Shown: piece by piece, positions 19,389-28,619 of the stretch
Layout: every line of letters begins with the position of its first letter
Numbering within the stretch: the first letter of the stretch is position 1
Source: an uncultured Pseudomonadota bacterium
Lineage (GTDB): Bacteria > Pseudomonadota > Alphaproteobacteria > JACZXZ01
Assembly: GCA_963749075.1 (NCBI GenBank)
Contig: CAVVLJ010000020.1
Span: forward strand, 224,001 to 288,000
Reading direction: 5' to 3'
Length of the DNA stretch: 64,000 nucleotides
Made by a program: the position numbers and the translations under genes
Notes under the pieces: generated by a model
The model's database searches: none
Told to the model about the DNA's origin: nothing
The model's input: only the letters and a program-made list of their open reading frames with translations

Positions 19389-21294
19389 GTGCGCCAGGAA
19401 GCTGGCGTGATCCAGCCGGTGAAAGTCCGGCCCAGGTAAGGGGTAGCGCCCGCCTGGTAGCGAGTGTTGCGCTGTGGAAGGCAACGACCACGGCGAAGCG
19501 TACACAGCGATTGTGCGGGGTGGGCTATTGAGCCGCGTAAGCAGTAATGTCGGAGGGGCCGAGGCTTTTAGTGTAGCCGAAGGCAACATGTGCGGCGCCG
19601 CTATGCGAGGCGCCGTCGCCCTACCGAGGTCGAAGACCCCATCACGCACAAAGGGAGCCCGCCGGAACCTGGGAGATCCCACGTCCGGCCAGCGGCGACA
19701 AGCCGCCCTGGTCCGCATCGGGAAGGCGAGGAGCCGTAGCCGATGACGCACGGGCGCGGGAAGTCAGACTCCGCCATAGTAGCTGGGAAGCCGACGAACA
19801 AGGCCGGGCAATCGGTTGCGGAGCCGGTGGAGCGAAGGGCGGAGGCCAAGGGGAATGCGGGCCAGCACAGCACGCGCCGGGCACAGGACCGGGAAAGCGT
19901 GTCCCATGCGCTGGATCGCATACGACAAGCGGCAAGGCAAAGGAAGAAGGAACGGTTCACCTCGCTCTTCCACCATATCACCATCAGCCTGCTCCGGCTG
20001 GCGTTCTTCGCGCTCAAGCGAGACGCCATGCCCGGCGTAGACGGGTTGACATGGCAGGACTACGAGGCAGACCTCGAGTGCAAGCTCGAGGACCTGCACG
20101 CACGGGTCCGCCGGGGAGCGTATCGGGCACTGCCGTCCCGGCGACGGTACATACCGAAACCGGACGGCCGGCAGCGCCCGCTCGCGGTCGCCGCCCTCGA
20201 GGACAAGATCGTCCAACGGGCGACCATCGCGGTGCTGAACGCGATCTACGAGGAGGACTTCCTCGGGTTCTCGTATGGCTTCCGGCCACGGCGCGGCCAG
20301 CACGATGCGCTGGACGCACTGGCGGTCGGGCTCACCAGCAAGAAGGTGAACTACGTTCTCGATGCGGACATCCGGTCCTTTTTCGACGCGGTCGATCAAA
20401 CATGGCTCGTCCGCTTCTTGGAGAACCGGATCAGTGACCCGCGTATCATCCGCCTGATCCAGAAATGGCTCAAGGCGGGCATCCTGGAAGACGGGGTCGT
20501 GACGGTGAGTGAGAGGGGGACGGGACAGGGCTCGGTGGCATCACCGCTCCTTGCCAACGTCTACCTGCACTACGTCTTCGACCTCTGGGCCGAGCGCTGG
20601 CGACGGCGCGAGGCACAGGGCGATATGATCATCGTGCGCTATGCGGACGACATCGTTGTCGGCTTCGAGCGTGAGGCCGACGCCCGACGCTTCTGGGAGG
20701 CGATGCGGGAGCGGTTGCAGGAGTTCTCGCTGACGCTGCATCCGGAAAAGACCCGCCTGATCGAGTTTGGCCGCCATGCCGCGGCCGAGCGCAAGCAGCG
20801 CGGGCTCGGTAAACCGGAAACCTTCAACTTCCTAGGCTTCACCTTCCTCTGCGGTAAATCGCGCCGCGGGAACTTCCTCCTCAAGCGGAAGACCCGGCGT
20901 GACCGCATGGTGGCCAAGCTCAAGGAGGTAAAGGGCGAACTGCGGCGGCGGATGCATCAGCCCATCCCGGTGCAAGGGACGTGGCTGCGGCAGGTCGTCA
21001 CCGGCTTCTTTGGCTATCACGCAGTGCCGACAAACTTCCCGGCACTTGCGGCCTTCCGGCGCCATGTCACCGGCCTCTGGCGGCGCACGCTCCGGCGGCG
21101 CAGCCAGAAGGACGGCTCGACCTGGGGACGGATCGAGAAGCTGGCCGACGACTTTCTCCCAAAACCCCGCATCCTTCACCCCTGGCCGAGCAAGCGCTTC
21201 GCCGTCAAACACCCGAGGTGGGAGCCGTATGCGGGAAATCCGCCCGTACGGATCTGTGCGGGGGGCGCCCAGTAATGGGCGTCCCTACCGCGAT
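19389..21294 (+). mobile_element. Group II intron
   Basis: 5' GTGCG; domain V GAGCCGTATGCGGGAAATCCGCCCGTACGGATC; domain VI ending CCCTACCGCGAT; internal RT ORF. Confidence 0.95.
19743..21275 (+). CDS. ltrA: Group II intron reverse transcriptase/maturase, no endonuclease domain
   Basis: YIPKPDGRQRPL, SYGFRP, QGSVASPLLANVYLH, RYADD, FNFLGF; no HNH motif. Confidence 0.95.
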   Translation: MTHGRGKSDSAIVAGKPTNKAGQSVAEPVERRAEAKGNAGQHSTRRAQDRESVSHALDRIRQAARQRKKERFTSLFHHITISLLRLAFFALKRDAMPGVDGLTWQDYEADLECKLEDLHARVRRGAYRALPSRRRYIPKPDGRQRPLAVAALEDKIVQRATIAVLNAIYEEDFLGFSYGFRPRRGQHDALDALAVGLTSKKVNYVLDADIRSFFDAVDQTWLVRFLENRISDPRIIRLIQKWLKAGILEDGVVTVSERGTGQGSVASPLLANVYLHYVFDLWAERWRRREAQGDMIIVRYADDIVVGFEREADARRFWEAMRERLQEFSLTLHPEKTRLIEFGRHAAAERKQRGLGKPETFNFLGFTFLCGKSRRGNFLLKRKTRRDRMVAKLKEVKGELRRRMHQPIPVQGTWLRQVVTGFFGYHAVPTNFPALAAFRRHVTGLWRRTLRRRSQKDGSTWGRIEKLADDFLPKPRILHPWPSKRFAVKHPRWEPYAGNPPVRICAGGAQ

Positions 21295-21438
21295 CCCGCG
21301 CGTCCGCCTTGGGATGGCGGCGGCTTCCGGCGATTGTCCGAAAAGCGTCATGGGCGGCCCTGCCGGAAAGCGGCCTCATGTCCGCAAACCAGCCATCGCA
21401 GGCATGGCGGCCGAAACCCCGCCCTGCCATGCGAGTTT

Positions 21439-21612
21439 TTGACAAGCGCGCCGCAATCGCATAGCTTGCTGCCATGCGCGGGAAGAACCTCATGGTGGCC
21501 ATTAACCAGTCGCTCGGCGGCGCCGATGCGGGCGGGGGTCCCATGCGCTGATCGCGGCAAGAGCGACGAGTTCCCCGAGCCCCGCCAGCGCCTCTGACGG
21601 GGCTTTCGTTTT
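21439..21612 (+). promoter_or_regulatory. Promoter, leader ORF and terminator (putative attenuator)
   Basis: TTGACA-17-TAGCTT; 25-aa ORF 21474-21551; hairpin GAGCCCCGCCAG/CTGACGGGGCTT followed by TCGTTTT. Confidence 0.65.
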
Positions 21613-21633
21613 GCGGCAAAGGGACGTGGAGCC

Positions 21634-22638
21634 ATGAGCGCCATTACCGTCGAGCGCCTGAGCAAGAGCTTCCGCGTGCGCCCGCCGCGGCGGCGCGGTG
21701 CCTGGGCGGCGCTCTTTCGGCCGCGGCCGGCGGAGGACGTGCCCGCGGTCAGCGACATCTCCTTTGCCATCGGGCGCGGCGAGCGCGTCGCCTTCATCGG
21801 CCCCAATGGCGCCGGCAAATCGACGACGCTCAAGATGCTGACCGGCATTCTCAGGCCGAGCGGCGGCCACGCCGAGGTCGCGGGCTTCGTGCCCTGGCGC
21901 GAGCGCCGCCGCCTCGCCGGCCGCATCGGCATCGTCTTCGGCCAACGCTCGCAGCTCTGGTACCATCTGCCGGTCCAGCACAGCCTCGAGCTCTTGCGCC
22001 ACGTCTACGGCATCGAGCGCGCGGCCTATGACGCGCGCTTGGCCGCCCTCGTGCGCGGCTTCGAGATCGCGGACCTCCTGGCACGGCCGGTCTCCGAGCT
22101 CTCGCTCGGCCAGCGCGTCCGCTGCGAGATCGCGGCAAGCCTCCTCCATGCGCCTGCCGTGCTGCTCCTCGACGAGCCCACCATCGGGCTCGACGTGACG
22201 GCCAAGGCGGCGCTGCGCGACCATCTGAACGCCCTCGCGCGGGAGGAGGGCACCACGGTGCTCCTCACCTCGCACGACACCGGCGACATCGAGCGCATCT
22301 GCGAGCGCGTCATCGTCATCGACCAGGGCCGGCTCCTCCTCGACGAGCCGCTCGAGCGGCTGCGCCGGGATTTCTTCCAGCACCGTTCCGTCGTCGTCGT
22401 CACGGCGGAGGAGCATCCGAGCCTGGCGCTGCCCGGCGTCGCCGTGACCGCGGCCGAGCCCTACCGGCTCTCGCTCAGCGTCGATACGTCGATCGCGGCG
22501 ATCGAGACCGTGGTGGCCGCGGCACTTCGGCGCTTCGCCGTGCGCGACCTCGTCATCGAGAACCCGCCTTTGGAGGACATCGTCAAGGCGATCTACCGCG
22601 GCGTGGGAAAAGGAGCGCCGGGCCATGAGCCGCACTGA
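21634..22638 (+). CDS. ABC-2 exporter ATP-binding protein
   Basis: GPNGAGKST, LSLGQRVRCE, LLLDEPTIGLD. Confidence 0.92.
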   Translation: MSAITVERLSKSFRVRPPRRRGAWAALFRPRPAEDVPAVSDISFAIGRGERVAFIGPNGAGKSTTLKMLTGILRPSGGHAEVAGFVPWRERRRLAGRIGIVFGQRSQLWYHLPVQHSLELLRHVYGIERAAYDARLAALVRGFEIADLLARPVSELSLGQRVRCEIAASLLHAPAVLLLDEPTIGLDVTAKAALRDHLNALAREEGTTVLLTSHDTGDIERICERVIVIDQGRLLLDEPLERLRRDFFQHRSVVVVTAEEHPSLALPGVAVTAAEPYRLSLSVDTSIAAIETVVAAALRRFAVRDLVIENPPLEDIVKAIYRGVGKGAPGHEPH

Positions 22639-23422
22639 GCTCGGCGCCCTCGCCGCCTTCGCGGCACTCGGCTGGAGACGCGCCGCGGCCGAGCGCGCGG
22701 CGACGCTCGGCCGCCTGCTGCTCTACGGGTTGATCCTCGTCATCTTCTGGGAACTCTGGCAGGCGACGCCCTTGGCCGAGCTCGCGGAGCCGGGAACGGA
22801 TGCCCGGCATCTCTTCTGGTATATGGCCGTGACCGAGTGCGTCGCCATCGCCACGGGCTATCCCTACCGCGCCCTCGAGATCGCCATCCAGAGCGGCGAG
22901 ATCGCGAGCGCCTTGACCCGGCCGCTCCCCTATGCGCTGGCGACCCTCGCCGAATGGGCCGGTGCGACGGGCCATCGCCTGCTCGTCCTCCTCGCCGCGG
23001 GGGTGGCACTGGGCGTTGCCGTCACCGGCACGTTCCCCGTCCCGCTCGCGGATGCTCCGGCGCTCCTCCTCTCGATAGCGCTCGCCTCTCTGATCGTGCT
23101 GCTCTGCCAGCTCCAGCTCGGCTATGCCGCGGCCTGGACGGGCTCCGCGGCGCCGCTCTTCTGGATCTGGCAGAAGCTCATGTTCGTCTGCGGCGGCCTG
23201 ATCATCCCCTTGACGCTCTATCCGGCACCTCTCGGGACGCTCGCCAAGGCAACGCCCTTTGCCGCAATGCTGTTCGCACCCGGCTCGCTCGTGCTCGAGG
23301 CAACTCCGGCCGCAGCGGCGGCGGCGCTCGCTTGGCAGCTCGCCTGGCTCGTGCCGGTGGCTGCCGCGGCGTTCCTCGTCGACCGCGCGGCAGCCCGGCG
23401 CTTCGCCGTGCGCGGCATCTGA
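22625..23422 (+). CDS. ABC-2 family permease (DUF990-like)
   Basis: IQSGEIASALTRP, GGLIIPLTLYP; six TM. Confidence 0.85.
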   Translation: MSRTELGALAAFAALGWRRAAAERAATLGRLLLYGLILVIFWELWQATPLAELAEPGTDARHLFWYMAVTECVAIATGYPYRALEIAIQSGEIASALTRPLPYALATLAEWAGATGHRLLVLLAAGVALGVAVTGTFPVPLADAPALLLSIALASLIVLLCQLQLGYAAAWTGSAAPLFWIWQKLMFVCGGLIIPLTLYPAPLGTLAKATPFAAMLFAPGSLVLEATPAAAAAALAWQLAWLVPVAAAAFLVDRAAARRFAVRGI

Positions 23423-23434
23423 GGGGGGAAGCCC

Positions 23435-24226
23435 ATGCGGCCCAAGAGCTCGCTCGCCTACCTTCTGGCGCTCGCCCGCATCAACATCGCGGCGGGTTTC
23501 GCGCGGCCGTACCTGGCACTCGTCTCGGCCGCCATGATGCTCGGCAACAACCTCATCTTCTTCCTCATCTGGGTGATCTACTTTGCCAGGTTCTCAAGCT
23601 TGCGCGGCTGGGTGCTCGAGGACTTGGCGCTCCTCATCGGCGTCGTCGCCTGGGCTTTCGGGCTCGCCGTCTTTCTCGCGGGCGGCGTGCGCGATCTCGC
23701 GCACATCATCGTCGACGGCAGGCTCGACATCCATCTCGGCCGCCCGCGCCATCCGCTTCCCGCACTCCTCATGAGCCGCTCGCTTCCCTCGGGTCTCGGC
23801 GACATGGCGAGCGCGCTCGTCTTCTGGCTCTGGCTCGGCCACGAAGGCTTGGGCGAGCTGCCGCTCCTCCTCGCCGTGTCGACGGCGGCGGCGGTGGTTT
23901 TCGCGGCGACGCTCACGCTCAGCCAATGCATCGTGTTCTGGTTTCCCGGCGCGCTCTCGCTCTGCGAGGAGCTTTACAACATGCTGCTCATGGTTTCCTA
24001 CTACCCGCAGCACCCTTACGGGTTCGCGGTGCGGCTCGTGCTCTTCACGGTCTTCCCCACCGCCTTCATCGGATTCCTTCCGGCCGAGGCGATGCGCGCG
24101 CACGACCCGCTCGAGGCCCTGGCCGTGCTCGCTGCCGCCTTCGTCTATGCCGGCCTTGCCGTGGCGGTCTTCGAGCGCGGGCTCAGGCGCTACGCCTCGG
24201 GCAACCGCGTGCTCGAGCTGCGCTGA
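23435..24226 (+). CDS. ABC-2 family permease (DUF990-like)
   Basis: DGRLDIHLGRP, GLRRYASG. Confidence 0.85.
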   Translation: MRPKSSLAYLLALARINIAAGFARPYLALVSAAMMLGNNLIFFLIWVIYFARFSSLRGWVLEDLALLIGVVAWAFGLAVFLAGGVRDLAHIIVDGRLDIHLGRPRHPLPALLMSRSLPSGLGDMASALVFWLWLGHEGLGELPLLLAVSTAAAVVFAATLTLSQCIVFWFPGALSLCEELYNMLLMVSYYPQHPYGFAVRLVLFTVFPTAFIGFLPAEAMRAHDPLEALAVLAAAFVYAGLAVAVFERGLRRYASGNRVLELR

Positions 24227-24231
24227 GCGGC

Positions 24232-25866
24232 TCAGCCGCCTCGCCCGCGCAGACGCGCGCGGTAGATGAGGCCCCAGGGATCGGGCATCTCGCCGACCGG
24301 CACCTCGATGAGGGTCGGGCCGCCGCGCTTGAGCGCGGCATGGAGCTCGTTCCGCAGGCTGGCCGGGCTCGTGGCGCGCACGCCGGCGACGCCGAAGGTC
24401 TCCGCCATCCTGTCGAAGCGCGGATTGTGCAGCTCGACCGCGATGAGGCGGTTGCCGTAATCCTCTTTCTGGATGCGCCGCACGTTGCCGAAAGCGCCGT
24501 CCACGAAAACGATCGTAACGATGTCGATGCCGTGCAGCACGGCACTCGCCAGCTCCTGGGCATTGTAGAGGAAGCCGCCGTCGCCCGAGATCGACACCAC
24601 GGGCAATTCCGGCTTCGCCACCTTGGCGCCGAGCGCCGTCGGGAAGCCGTAGCCGAGGGTGCCCTGGTAGCCGCTGTTGATGAAGGTGCGCGGCCGATAG
24701 GCCGGATAGGCGAGGCGCGCGACGTAACCCACCTGGGTGAGCTCGTCGACGAAGATGCCGTCCTCGGGCAGCTCGGCGCGGATGGCGGCGAGATACTCGA
24801 CCTGGGGGCTCAAGCGCGCGCACTCGGCCGCCATCGCGGCCTTGAGCGCCGCGAGCTCGTCGTGCCGCGAGGCGCGCTTGCGGTTCTGCTTGAGGAGGGC
24901 GTCGTGAAGGGCGGCGAGCGCCGGCTTGGCGTCGGCGACGATGCCGACCGCGGGCCTGGCGAAGCGCGCCATCTCCGCGGGATCGATGTCGATGCGCACG
25001 ATCTTGAGCGCATCGTCGAGGCCCCAGAGCTGCTGCGGATGCTGGAGCCGCGTGCCGACCGCGAGCACCGCGTCCGCCTCGCGCCACAGCGCATAGCCGG
25101 AGAGCGTCGTGTGGGCGAGCCAGTGGCGGTCGTCCACGATGCCGCGGCCCGCGCAATTGGCGACGACCGGCGCTTGCAGCGCCTCGGCCACGGCGAGGAG
25201 CGCCTCGCCCGCGTCCGTGGCCCCGCCGCCCACGAAGATGAGCGGCCGTTGCGCCTCGCCCAAGAGGGCCGCCGCCTTCTCGACGAGCGCGGGGTCCGGC
25301 TCGGGCGCCGTCCAGGCGCTGGCGGCGTCGGGCAGGGCGAGCTCGCACTCGAGCGCCAGCACGTCGAGCGGCGCCTCGATGCCGACCGGACGCTGCCGGC
25401 CGCCCATGAGCTCGCCGAAGGCCTCGTTCATGAGGCGGCCGGCCGCGGTCGGATGCTCGATGCGCGCCGCCCATTTGGTCAGGCCCCTCAAGATGGCGAG
25501 CTGGTCGGGAACCTCGTGCAGCATGCCGTAGCCGCGCCCGATCATGTGCGAGGGGATCTGGCCGGAGAGGCAGAGCACCGGCGTCCCCGTCGCATAGGCC
25601 GTGGCGAGCGCCGCCGTGGCGTTGAGGAGACCGGGGCCGGGCACGACGGCAAAGGCCCCGACCCGGCCGCTCGCGCGCGCGAAGCCATAGGCCATGTAGG
25701 CCGCCGCCTGCTCGTGGCGCGGGTGAATGACCCGGACGGCGCCGCCCGCATCGTAGAGTGCGGCGAAGAGCGCGTCGTTCTGCACGCCCGGCAGGGCGAA
25801 AAGCGTATCGACGCCATGCCGGCGCAGCATCTCGACCAATGCGGCGCCGCCCGTCATGCGTGCCAT
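24232..25866 (-). CDS. Thiamine diphosphate-dependent enzyme (acetolactate synthase-like)
   Basis: RHEQAAAYMA, PGPGLLN, GDGGFLY ThDP motif. Confidence 0.9.
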   Translation of the reverse strand: MARMTGGAALVEMLRRHGVDTLFALPGVQNDALFAALYDAGGAVRVIHPRHEQAAAYMAYGFARASGRVGAFAVVPGPGLLNATAALATAYATGTPVLCLSGQIPSHMIGRGYGMLHEVPDQLAILRGLTKWAARIEHPTAAGRLMNEAFGELMGGRQRPVGIEAPLDVLALECELALPDAASAWTAPEPDPALVEKAAALLGEAQRPLIFVGGGATDAGEALLAVAEALQAPVVANCAGRGIVDDRHWLAHTTLSGYALWREADAVLAVGTRLQHPQQLWGLDDALKIVRIDIDPAEMARFARPAVGIVADAKPALAALHDALLKQNRKRASRHDELAALKAAMAAECARLSPQVEYLAAIRAELPEDGIFVDELTQVGYVARLAYPAYRPRTFINSGYQGTLGYGFPTALGAKVAKPELPVVSISGDGGFLYNAQELASAVLHGIDIVTIVFVDGAFGNVRRIQKEDYGNRLIAVELHNPRFDRMAETFGVAGVRATSPASLRNELHAALKRGGPTLIEVPVGEMPDPWGLIYRARLRGRGG

Positions 25867-25946
25867 CGCGTGCTCCACGGCTGCGGCGATAAGGGCGCAC
25901 ACTAGCAGGACGGCCGTCCCTGTCGAGAGGCGAGGCGGGCGCGGCG

Positions 25947-26072
25947 ATTGACCTGGGGCCATTGACCCGGGGCCATTGATCTGGGGCCATTGACCTGGGG
26001 CCATTGACCTGGGGCCATTGACCTGGGGCCATTGACCTGGGGCCATTGACCTGGGGCCATTGACCCTTGGCC
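25947..26072. repeat. Tandem repeat, 9 x 14 bp ATTGACCTGGGGCC
   Basis: Six exact copies and three variants (units 2, 3 and 9), no spacers. Confidence 0.95.
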
Positions 26073-26129
26073 GTCCGTTCCTTATCCATGGGCGCTGCCG
26101 CGGCGCGGCTTTTCTCGAGGGGGGACGGC

Positions 26130-26687
26130 ATGAGCGAAGAGGGCGTCCATGTGCCGCACGCCGGCCATGGCCATGAGGCGGAAGGCTCGCTCGGGCGCTG
26201 GATCGCGATCTTCACGGCGGTCGTCGCCACGCTTGGAGCGCTGATCGGCCATGAGGCCGAGGACACCGCGAAGAACGCCATCCTGCTCAAGAACGAGGCG
26301 GTGCTCAAGAAGACCGACGCCGCCGACCAATGGTCCTATTACCAGGCGGTCAGCACCAAGTCGCACTTGACCGAGCTGGCGCTGGCGCTGGTTCCTGCCG
26401 ACAAGCAGGCCGGCCTCGCCGACAGGATCGCCAAGTACGAGAAGCAGAAGGAGGAGATCAAGGCCAAGGCCGACACGCTCGAGGACGCCTCGGCCAGGGC
26501 GAACGACGCGAGCGCTGCCCTGGGCGGCCCGCGCGAGAAATACATGTACGGGCTGGCGCTCCTCCAGATCGCGATCAGCGTCGGCTCGGTCACCGTGCTC
26601 ACCGGCCAGCGCTGGCTCTTCGCCGTGGCACTCGCCGGCAGCGTCTTCGGCCTGATCTCCGCGGGCCTCGCCTATTTCTCCCTCTGA
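26130..26687 (+). CDS. DUF4337-like membrane protein
   Basis: IAIFTAVVATLGA, DQWSYYQA.STK, LLQIAISVGS. Confidence 0.75.
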   Translation: MSEEGVHVPHAGHGHEAEGSLGRWIAIFTAVVATLGALIGHEAEDTAKNAILLKNEAVLKKTDAADQWSYYQAVSTKSHLTELALALVPADKQAGLADRIAKYEKQKEEIKAKADTLEDASARANDASAALGGPREKYMYGLALLQIAISVGSVTVLTGQRWLFAVALAGSVFGLISAGLAYFSL

Positions 26688-26701
26688 GGGGGCAGCACCC
26701 C

Positions 26702-27286
26702 GTGTCCGAGCTCGGCCATATCCTCTACGACTGGTTCGGCCTCAACCGCGCACTCTTCCGGCTCGTCAACGGCATGCACGGTGCCCTCTGGGACCACGCG
26801 ATGCTGGCCGTGAGCACCGCCGCGGAGAGCGGCCATTTCGCGCTCTACATGGCGGCGATCCTGCTCCTCGCGCGCATCACGCCGCGTCTGGTTTCGCTGC
26901 AGAACGCCTTCGTTTTCGGCATCGGTTTCCCGGTTATGGAGCTCGCCGTGACGGCGATCAAGGCGGCGACAGCCATGCCGCGTCCGTCCTTGGCCCTCGG
27001 CGAGGCGTCGGTCACGCTGCTCGACCGCGGCGCCGAGGGGGCGGCCTTCCCCTCCGGCCACGTGGCCTTCGCGGCATTGCTTGCGGCTTCGCTCGGCAGA
27101 GGGGCGCCGCGGCCGCTCTCGTGGGCGCTCTGGGCTTTCGTCGCCGCGGTGGCGCTCTCGCGCGTCTCGCTCGGCGCCCATTTTCCTGCCGACGCCGTGG
27201 GCGGAGTCCTGGCCGGAGGCGGGGTCGCGCTTGTTATCCGCGCCTTTCTCATGTATTGGGGAGGCGGGGCGCGGCGGTCCGGCTAG
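26702..27286 (+). CDS. PAP2-family phosphatase
   Basis: K.....PRP, FPSGH, SRVSLGAHFPAD. Confidence 0.85.
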   Translation: MSELGHILYDWFGLNRALFRLVNGMHGALWDHAMLAVSTAAESGHFALYMAAILLLARITPRLVSLQNAFVFGIGFPVMELAVTAIKAATAMPRPSLALGEASVTLLDRGAEGAAFPSGHVAFAALLAASLGRGAPRPLSWALWAFVAAVALSRVSLGAHFPADAVGGVLAGGGVALVIRAFLMYWGGGARRSG

Positions 27287-27469
27287 ACCGAGAGAGCGGT
27301 GCTGCGCGCGGCGCCAGCCCCGCGCCGGATCTGCCAACCAGCGCAGGACGTTAAGGTACGGTCAAGCGATCGTGATCGGGACGCCGGAAGGTTCCCGATG
27401 CCGCGCGCGTATCGCTTGGCATATGGTTTGCGTCCCATTGCGGGGCGGAGGCATTGTAGGCAGCGTCGG

Positions 27470-28603
27470 ATGCGGGTTCGCCGGAGTCATGTTTTTGCCG
27501 CGATGGCGGTCCTCTTGGCCGCCGGCGGCTATTATTACTTCAGCGTCTATCTGCCCCGGGCGAAGCACGCTCAGGCGGCAAGCGCCGCGACGCTCGTAGC
27601 CCCGGTCACGGTGGCGCCGGTGACCGAACAGGCGGTGCCGGTGCAGTACAACACCATCGGCACCGTCCAGCAGTTCACCACCGTCTCGGTCAAGTCGCTC
27701 GTCGACGGGCAGATCTTCAAAGCCGGGTTCCTGGAGGGGCAGTACGTCCACCGCGGCGACCTCCTGTTCCAGATCGATCCGCGCCCCTTCCAGGCGGCCC
27801 TGCAGCAGGCGCAGGCCAACCTCGAGCGCGACAAGGCCCAGTCCGTGCGCGCCGATCTCGACCTCAAGCGCTACGACGAGCTCGCCAAGAAGGACTGGGC
27901 GTCGCGCCAGCAGTACGAGCAGGCGCGGGCCACCGCCGACAGCGCGCACGCCAGCGTGCTCGCCGATCAGGCCGCCATCGACCAGGCCAAGCTCAACATC
28001 GAGTACAGCCAGATCCGCTCGCCCATCGACGGCCGCACCGGCAACATGCTGATCAACGTGGGCAATCTGGTAAAGGCCAACGACACCGTGGCGCTGGTCA
28101 TGATCAACCAGACGCGGCCGATCTACGTCTCCTTCGCGATCTCGCAGCAGAACCTGCCCGAAGTGAGGGCGCGGATGGCAAGCGAGGCGCTCTACGTGAC
28201 GGTCGTCATTCCCGGCGATTCCGGCGGGCCCGAGCGCGGCAAGGTCACCTTCATCAACAACCAGGTCGATACCTCGACCGGCACCATTCAGCTCAAGGCG
28301 ACCTTCCCGAACGAGAACGACCGCCTCGTGCCGGGACAATTCGTCAACGTGGCGATGACGCTGGCGACCCTGACCAACGCGCTCGTGGTGCCTTCCCAGG
28401 CGGTGCAGACCGGGCAGAAGGGGACCTACGTCTACGTGCTCAAGCCCGACAAGACGGTCGAAGAGCGTGCCGTCGAGCTCGGCCCGCAGCTCGAGGCGAC
28501 CGCGGTCGTCACCAAGGGGCTGCAGGCGGGCGAGGAGGTCGTGACCGACGGCCAGCTCCGGCTCTTCCCCGGCGCCAAGGTCGAGGTGAGGAAAGCGGGC
28601 TGA
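27470..28603 (+). CDS. RND efflux periplasmic adaptor (MdtA-like)
   Basis: IDPRPFQA, IRSPIDGR, NQVDTSTGTI.LKA. Confidence 0.92.
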   Translation: MRVRRSHVFAAMAVLLAAGGYYYFSVYLPRAKHAQAASAATLVAPVTVAPVTEQAVPVQYNTIGTVQQFTTVSVKSLVDGQIFKAGFLEGQYVHRGDLLFQIDPRPFQAALQQAQANLERDKAQSVRADLDLKRYDELAKKDWASRQQYEQARATADSAHASVLADQAAIDQAKLNIEYSQIRSPIDGRTGNMLINVGNLVKANDTVALVMINQTRPIYVSFAISQQNLPEVRARMASEALYVTVVIPGDSGGPERGKVTFINNQVDTSTGTIQLKATFPNENDRLVPGQFVNVAMTLATLTNALVVPSQAVQTGQKGTYVYVLKPDKTVEERAVELGPQLEATAVVTKGLQAGEEVVTDGQLRLFPGAKVEVRKAG

Positions 28604-28619
28604 TGCGGCGAACGTTGCC

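Larger units (their letters stand above)
15494..21296. mobile_element. IS1-family element with passenger genes; right IR interrupted by a group II intron
   Basis: Left end GGTAATGGTACAGTTT; right end AAACTGACCCACTA[intron]CC (revcomp GGTAGTGGGTCAGTTT); flanking CGCGCGTC at 15486-15493 and 21297-21304; internal GC visibly lower than host. Confidence 0.9.

Noticed and set aside
19743-21275. Retron, DGR or defence-associated RT
   Set aside because: Complete group II intron ends and domains V/VI surround it; it is a typical maturase
22837-25905. Very long alternative-frame ORFs (also 28509-31904, 34147-36483, 40411-42732, 23594-26308)
   Set aside because: Antisense or shadow frames of real genes in high-GC DNA; Arg/Ala/Gly-rich with no motifs
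24232-26046. N-terminal repeat extension on the ThDP enzyme
   Set aside because: Translation of the DNA tandem repeat; the real start is at 25866 with a GGAG RBS
25947-26072. CRISPR array
   Set aside because: The 14-bp units are contiguous with no spacers, and no cas genes are present
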